Of a stretch of 64,000 nucleotides of DNA, positions 59,863-64,000 are shown in pieces. The position numbers and the translations under genes were made by a program. The notes below the pieces were generated by a model. The model saw only the letters and a program-made list of their open reading frames with translations. It made no database searches and had not been told where the DNA came from. The stretch covers positions 56,484,001 through 56,548,000 of the forward strand of contig NC_058382.1 in the NCBI RefSeq assembly GCF_018350175.1. Direction: 5' to 3'. This DNA comes from Felis catus. Its lineage: Eukaryota. Positions within the stretch are counted from its first letter, which is position 1. Each line of letters opens with the position of its first letter.

Positions 59863-61050
59863 GTATGTTACATTGGCTTCCATTAGCATACCGGCTTGGG
59901 AAGTGGGATACTATGTGTGACCTTTGGGGATGCTAGAGACTTATTTTCTTCCTGCTCCGCCTTGTGATATACATCAGCACTGCCCAGTTATTTCCCTGGG
60001 TGGAAGCAAGCCCTGGAAATCTGGAACTCAGAACATGCCTGGGGTGTTGCAGGCTGTGAAAATCTCTCTCCTCGTCTCTGAAAGCGACCTTCCAAGGATC
60101 TTTCAAGGCTGTGTGAATAGATCGAGCTCACCCTTGTGACGGCCCAAGGTTGAACTCTGTGGGATGGCAGGCCTTTGAAGAAAATTAAGGTCCCCACCCC
60201 AGGCTCCTCAGTCATTCCTTTTCGTAATTGTCTTTAAATAAGAACCATTTTGGAAAAAACAGGTACGACTTTTTTTTTCCCCCCTCCTTTTCCTTACACA
60301 AGGCCCTCAGTCACGGGGCCAAAGGCAAGACATTTTATTTCTCTCTGGAAATACAGGCACCTACGTTATGGAAATCACAGGGTTACTACAGAGCTCCTGT
60401 TATCTTTTTTCCACACTTAACCTTCCAGGGAAGGTGTTAGAATTTAGAGCTCCCCTTTTTGGCACAAGAGATACGAATAAATGCATTCTGTGACCAGCAG
60501 CAGAAGTCACTGCTGAGTAGGATGCTTGAGAAAGTCGAGAGCAAAGTCGAAAAGCCCCTATTACGAGACTAGACTTTGACTGTAAGTCTTAAAATTCACC
60601 GGAATGAGTACATACCATATGAAGACTGTGTCTGTGGCTGTGTCTGGATGGTGCCCCTAGAAGTGATCCAGTGGGGCAGACGGGAGACAAGAGCCCCAGC
60701 ACTGCTTCCCCGGGTTCTGTTTTTCCCCTTCACTGACTTGATGGGATGTTATCAGTAACTGGTAGACAGAGGAGGCTCTGCAAGCGTCGTCATGGTAACC
60801 TGCCTAGACTACCCCAGAGTCATTGTATGCAAGGCGCCTAAACCTGTCTCCCCAGCTCTGGGCACTTTATCTGCTCCCCAAGGGGCAGGAGCCGAGCTCC
60901 CCTCCTGCAACTTGAATGCAGTCTATAAAAAGGAGCTAGAGGGCATTTGGGGGAGCCCACGAGGCAGGAGGGTAATAACAGGCCTGGAACGATGGTGGAG
61001 GTGGGTCAGATCATTTCAGGCAGACCTTTCCAGTAACACCTCTCCTCTTC

Positions 61051-61226
61051 TTTTTTTGTTGTTTATTGATTGATTGATTTTTAAGAGAGAGAGAGAGAGA
61101 TCCCAAGCAGGCTCTGCACTGTCAGCACAGAGCCCAACGCAGGGCTTGATCCCACAAACCATGAGATCATGACCAAAACCTAAACGAAGAGCCTAACGCT
61201 TAACCGCCTGAGCCACCCAGACACCC
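61051..61226 (-). mobile_element. Can-SINE with shortened CT region
   Basis: gagagagatcccaagcaggctctgcactgtcagcacagagccc...gagccacccagacaccc. Confidence 0.9.
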
Positions 61227-62791
61227 TCGTAGGCTCCTTTCAATGGAAGGGTGGCCTCTTGTAAGAGAGAGCCTGGGATTTGGGTTTAACGTTCACAGAT
61301 CTCTTAAACAAGCTGATGTGCAGGTCGAGTTAAGGGAACTGATAGGGAAAGCTGTTAAAGAGGTTGGAGTTTGAGCAGAGCAGGAAAATGATTCCCAGTT
61401 TCCGTCTGTGAGCGACTGGAATTTGAGCCGGTCCTGGAAAGTGTTCTAAATGTAAATGACAGCGCTTCTGTCAGAGGCGGCTGTGCGCGTGTGCGTGTCT
61501 TTGTATATTATGTGTGTATATGATTAGACGCCGTCCAATTTTCTTCCCGCTGTGCCCTTCCTTAAAGTTTCAGGAAGAATTTCAAGTTTTATTGCTTTAT
61601 ATACATGTCATATTTTCAAAGAAAAATGGAATCTTTTACGTACACTGAATTTCTTAAAGCACAAAGCAATTTGGTTGGGATGGACGGATCTCCAAGCAAA
61701 ACATAAAGCACTTCCAACCTCTACTACTGTTTGGGATTATCCTCTAAAAACACATAAAGACTCGGAGATCTACGTGACTTCTTCCAGCTGTGCAGAATTT
61801 GGCCTGAATCATTGTTTTTCTTTTTCAGCCCCCTCTGGGTTTGACTAGAAAGCAGGCGTTGAAACAGAGTCAGTCAAATTTGGGGTCAAGAATGGGGAGA
61901 CGTGGTGGAAAACTTCGAGAGGAAAAATCATTTAGATGGCTCAGCACCTCCCAAGAGAGCTCAGGCAGGATGGCCCCTAAAGCCCCCCTGAGTACGGTGG
62001 GAATCTGGGAAAGGAACCACTTACAGGTTCTGACCATGAACCCTGACAGGCTGTAGAGATGATGGCCTGTCTGATTTCAGTAATGCCCTGCCCCTTTGTG
62101 CTTGGTGGAATCCTGTGTGTCGTAGACCCCATGGCAGATGGGTTGTACAGAAGGGGACGCTGACCCTGGAATGAGTTGAGTGACTTTGCCGTATTCACAT
62201 AAATGATAGATGGGAGCCAGTGTTCGGGGCTCAGTCTGTCTCCCCGACCTTCAAACCATGAGCTCTTTCAAGTGTCCCACAAACCTCATGGTGAGAACGG
62301 CCATCACACTGTCATAGCATTGGGTTGAGCACTTACTGTTCCCCCTTATGACATTCTAGCAGTTCCTCCACTACCCCGTTTTCTACCCTGAGGGGTGGAT
62401 ACCACTCTCTCCATCACACATCTGAAAAAAATGAATCTCAGGTCCAAAGTCACATGGCTGGCTGGTGAGCCAGAATCTGTGTCCGTGTGTCTGGCCTGAA
62501 ACACAGGCTCTTTCCTGCATATGACTTGGACATGACCCCCCCCGCCACCCCGTCCCTCACATTCTTGACCATGAGCCCTTTGCAGTCCCAGCAGGGGGGG
62601 AGGTATTTGCTCTATCAGAGGAACTGATATAGCTCCCGATGGAAAGTAACAAGCTCTTCTGACCAAACGTGGACCTCACGGAATCCCTTTTGGTGTAACG
62701 TGTGCTCTTACTCAGTCTCTAGGGTTAAACCGTGCTGCCCGTGGGCCATGTTGTCTGTCACTCACGTTGCTTTCTTCTGAGTTCAGGTCAT

Positions 62792-62952
62792 CAGGGCCAG
62801 CTTCGTGGGGTGTGACCGGCATGGCCTCAGGGCCCCACGCTCAGGCTCTGCTGTCACCACCTTAAAATTATTAGTAGGTGTTGGACAAGGGTCCCCTTTG
62901 CATTTTCCTTTTGTACCCAGCCCCTCCCCCCAAAATTGTGTCGCTGGTCCTG
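62792..62952 (+). mobile_element. MER45-like hAT-Tip100 MITE
   Basis: TIRs cagggccagc / gctggtcctg. Internal ctctgctgtcaccaccttaaaatt...acaagggtcccc...tgcattttc. Confidence 0.75.
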
Positions 62953-62989
62953 AGCATGGCCCTGTGGCCCAGAGCTCATGGGATACTCC

Positions 62990-63190
62990 CCCCCAGCTCC
63001 TTAGCCAGGTGAGACCTTGGGCAGCTTCCTGAACCTTCTAGAAGCCTCTGTCACCTTGTCTGTAGATGGGGTGGGTGCATAATAAATAGAACCTACCCTA
63101 GAGAAGCGTGTGCACTGATAAAATGGGACACTGTGCTTCACTCAGCACTTGCAACATAACAAATGGGTAAGAAATGCTAGAGTATCGTTA
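62990..63190 (+). mobile_element. MIR fragment
   Basis: gagaccttgggcagcttcctgaaccttct...tctgtagatgggg...aatagaacctacc. Confidence 0.55.
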
Positions 63191-64000
63191 ATGCTGCGAT
63201 GATTATTATTCCTGCAGCGTACCCTTTAGGGAAGGTAAGGCAAAGAGACATGCAGTTTGTGTGAAGGAACATTCATCTCCCAACAAACCAAGCATCATTT
63301 TCATGTTCCAGTGTACCTGGATATGCCATCGACACCAATCTGTCATGGAGGAAGGTCACCCATATTTATCTGGGTGTGCAGACAGGAGACCATTTCCAGC
63401 TGCTCAGCACTAAACTCCAGGGTATTGTTTTGGGGAATCAGTACTGGATGAGGAAAGATCAACAGAAAATAATGGTCTTTGAACGTCGCAAATTATGAGC
63501 TATTCCTTTCGTGGAGCCACAAGGCATTGATTTATGGGACCCAAGCCCGGGCCCGGCTGTTCTGTGGGGCCAGCCAGAGCTCTGCGCGAGCCTGGTTTTC
63601 TGAATGCCCAGGGCATGCCAAGACCTCGTGCGTGGGGATAGAGGGCTGGGACCCTTGAAGTTCCTGGAGGGCACGCTTGCCAGGGCCCCCAGTGCCTATT
63701 GGTACCAACTCTCCCCTGTTTTGCCACCAGTAGTGTTCTGGGCACCTTTGAGAAGGGCCAACCACGAGACCCTGAGATGAGGATTGAGGGCTTGGGGTTG
63801 ACCTGAGGTGCAGGACAGCAGGGGAGGAGTGTTCCAGGTAAGGGAAGTTGGCCAACTCGAGGTGCCCCCTGAAGCCAGCTACCAGGGTGGGCAATTGTGA
63901 GCTTGAACCTTTAGGTTGGGGGGCCCTGTAAAATGCATAAAACACACACATTAGAGTCATTCCCACCCAGGGGCCCGGTTAGTACGCATCCCCACACGCC

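Larger units (their letters stand above)
59863..64000 (+). other. CDH13: Intron of CDH13 downstream of the exon (partial)
   Basis: Begins with GTATGT donor. The next expected cadherin sequence (TTVMRMTAFDADD...) is not seen in the window. Confidence 0.8.

Noticed and set aside
59863..59936. ORF continuation [23 protein letters not shown] after the cadherin peptide
   Set aside because: Lies past the GT donor and is intronic read-through with no cadherin similarity.

Overview
This window is mammalian genomic DNA from a felid, judged by abundant young carnivore tRNA-derived SINEs (Can-SINE/SINEC_Fc type) and a felid-type L1 3' end. The species cannot be fixed from sequence alone. Almost all of it is inferred to be intron of the + strand gene CDH13 (T-cadherin). 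The only coding sequence I can support is one 145-bp internal exon at 59718..59862 ([49 protein letters not shown]), with canonical AG/GT splice sites. The rest is about 30 Can-SINEs, a 5'-truncated L1, older L1M/L2/MIR fragments, MaLR/ERV solo LTRs, hAT and TcMar DNA-transposon relics, microsatellites and unique intronic DNA. I see no new protein-coding, CRISPR-like or other multi-gene system. The most unusual signals are DNA-level events: (1) a ~137-bp local segment copied into the middle of a SINE 2.5 kb downstream with junction microhomology; (2) two cases of three identical target-site copies from repeated insertion at one site; (3) a four-layer L1/LTR/L1/SINE nest; (4) a SINE inserted antisense into another SINE, giving a long fold-back; (5) an orphan 18-nt SINE head; (6) an ultra-short L1 tail with its own TSD; (7) a palindromic MITE with an internal tandem duplication. 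Repeat family names come from my recognition of consensus features, not a database search, and boundaries of old repeats are approximate.
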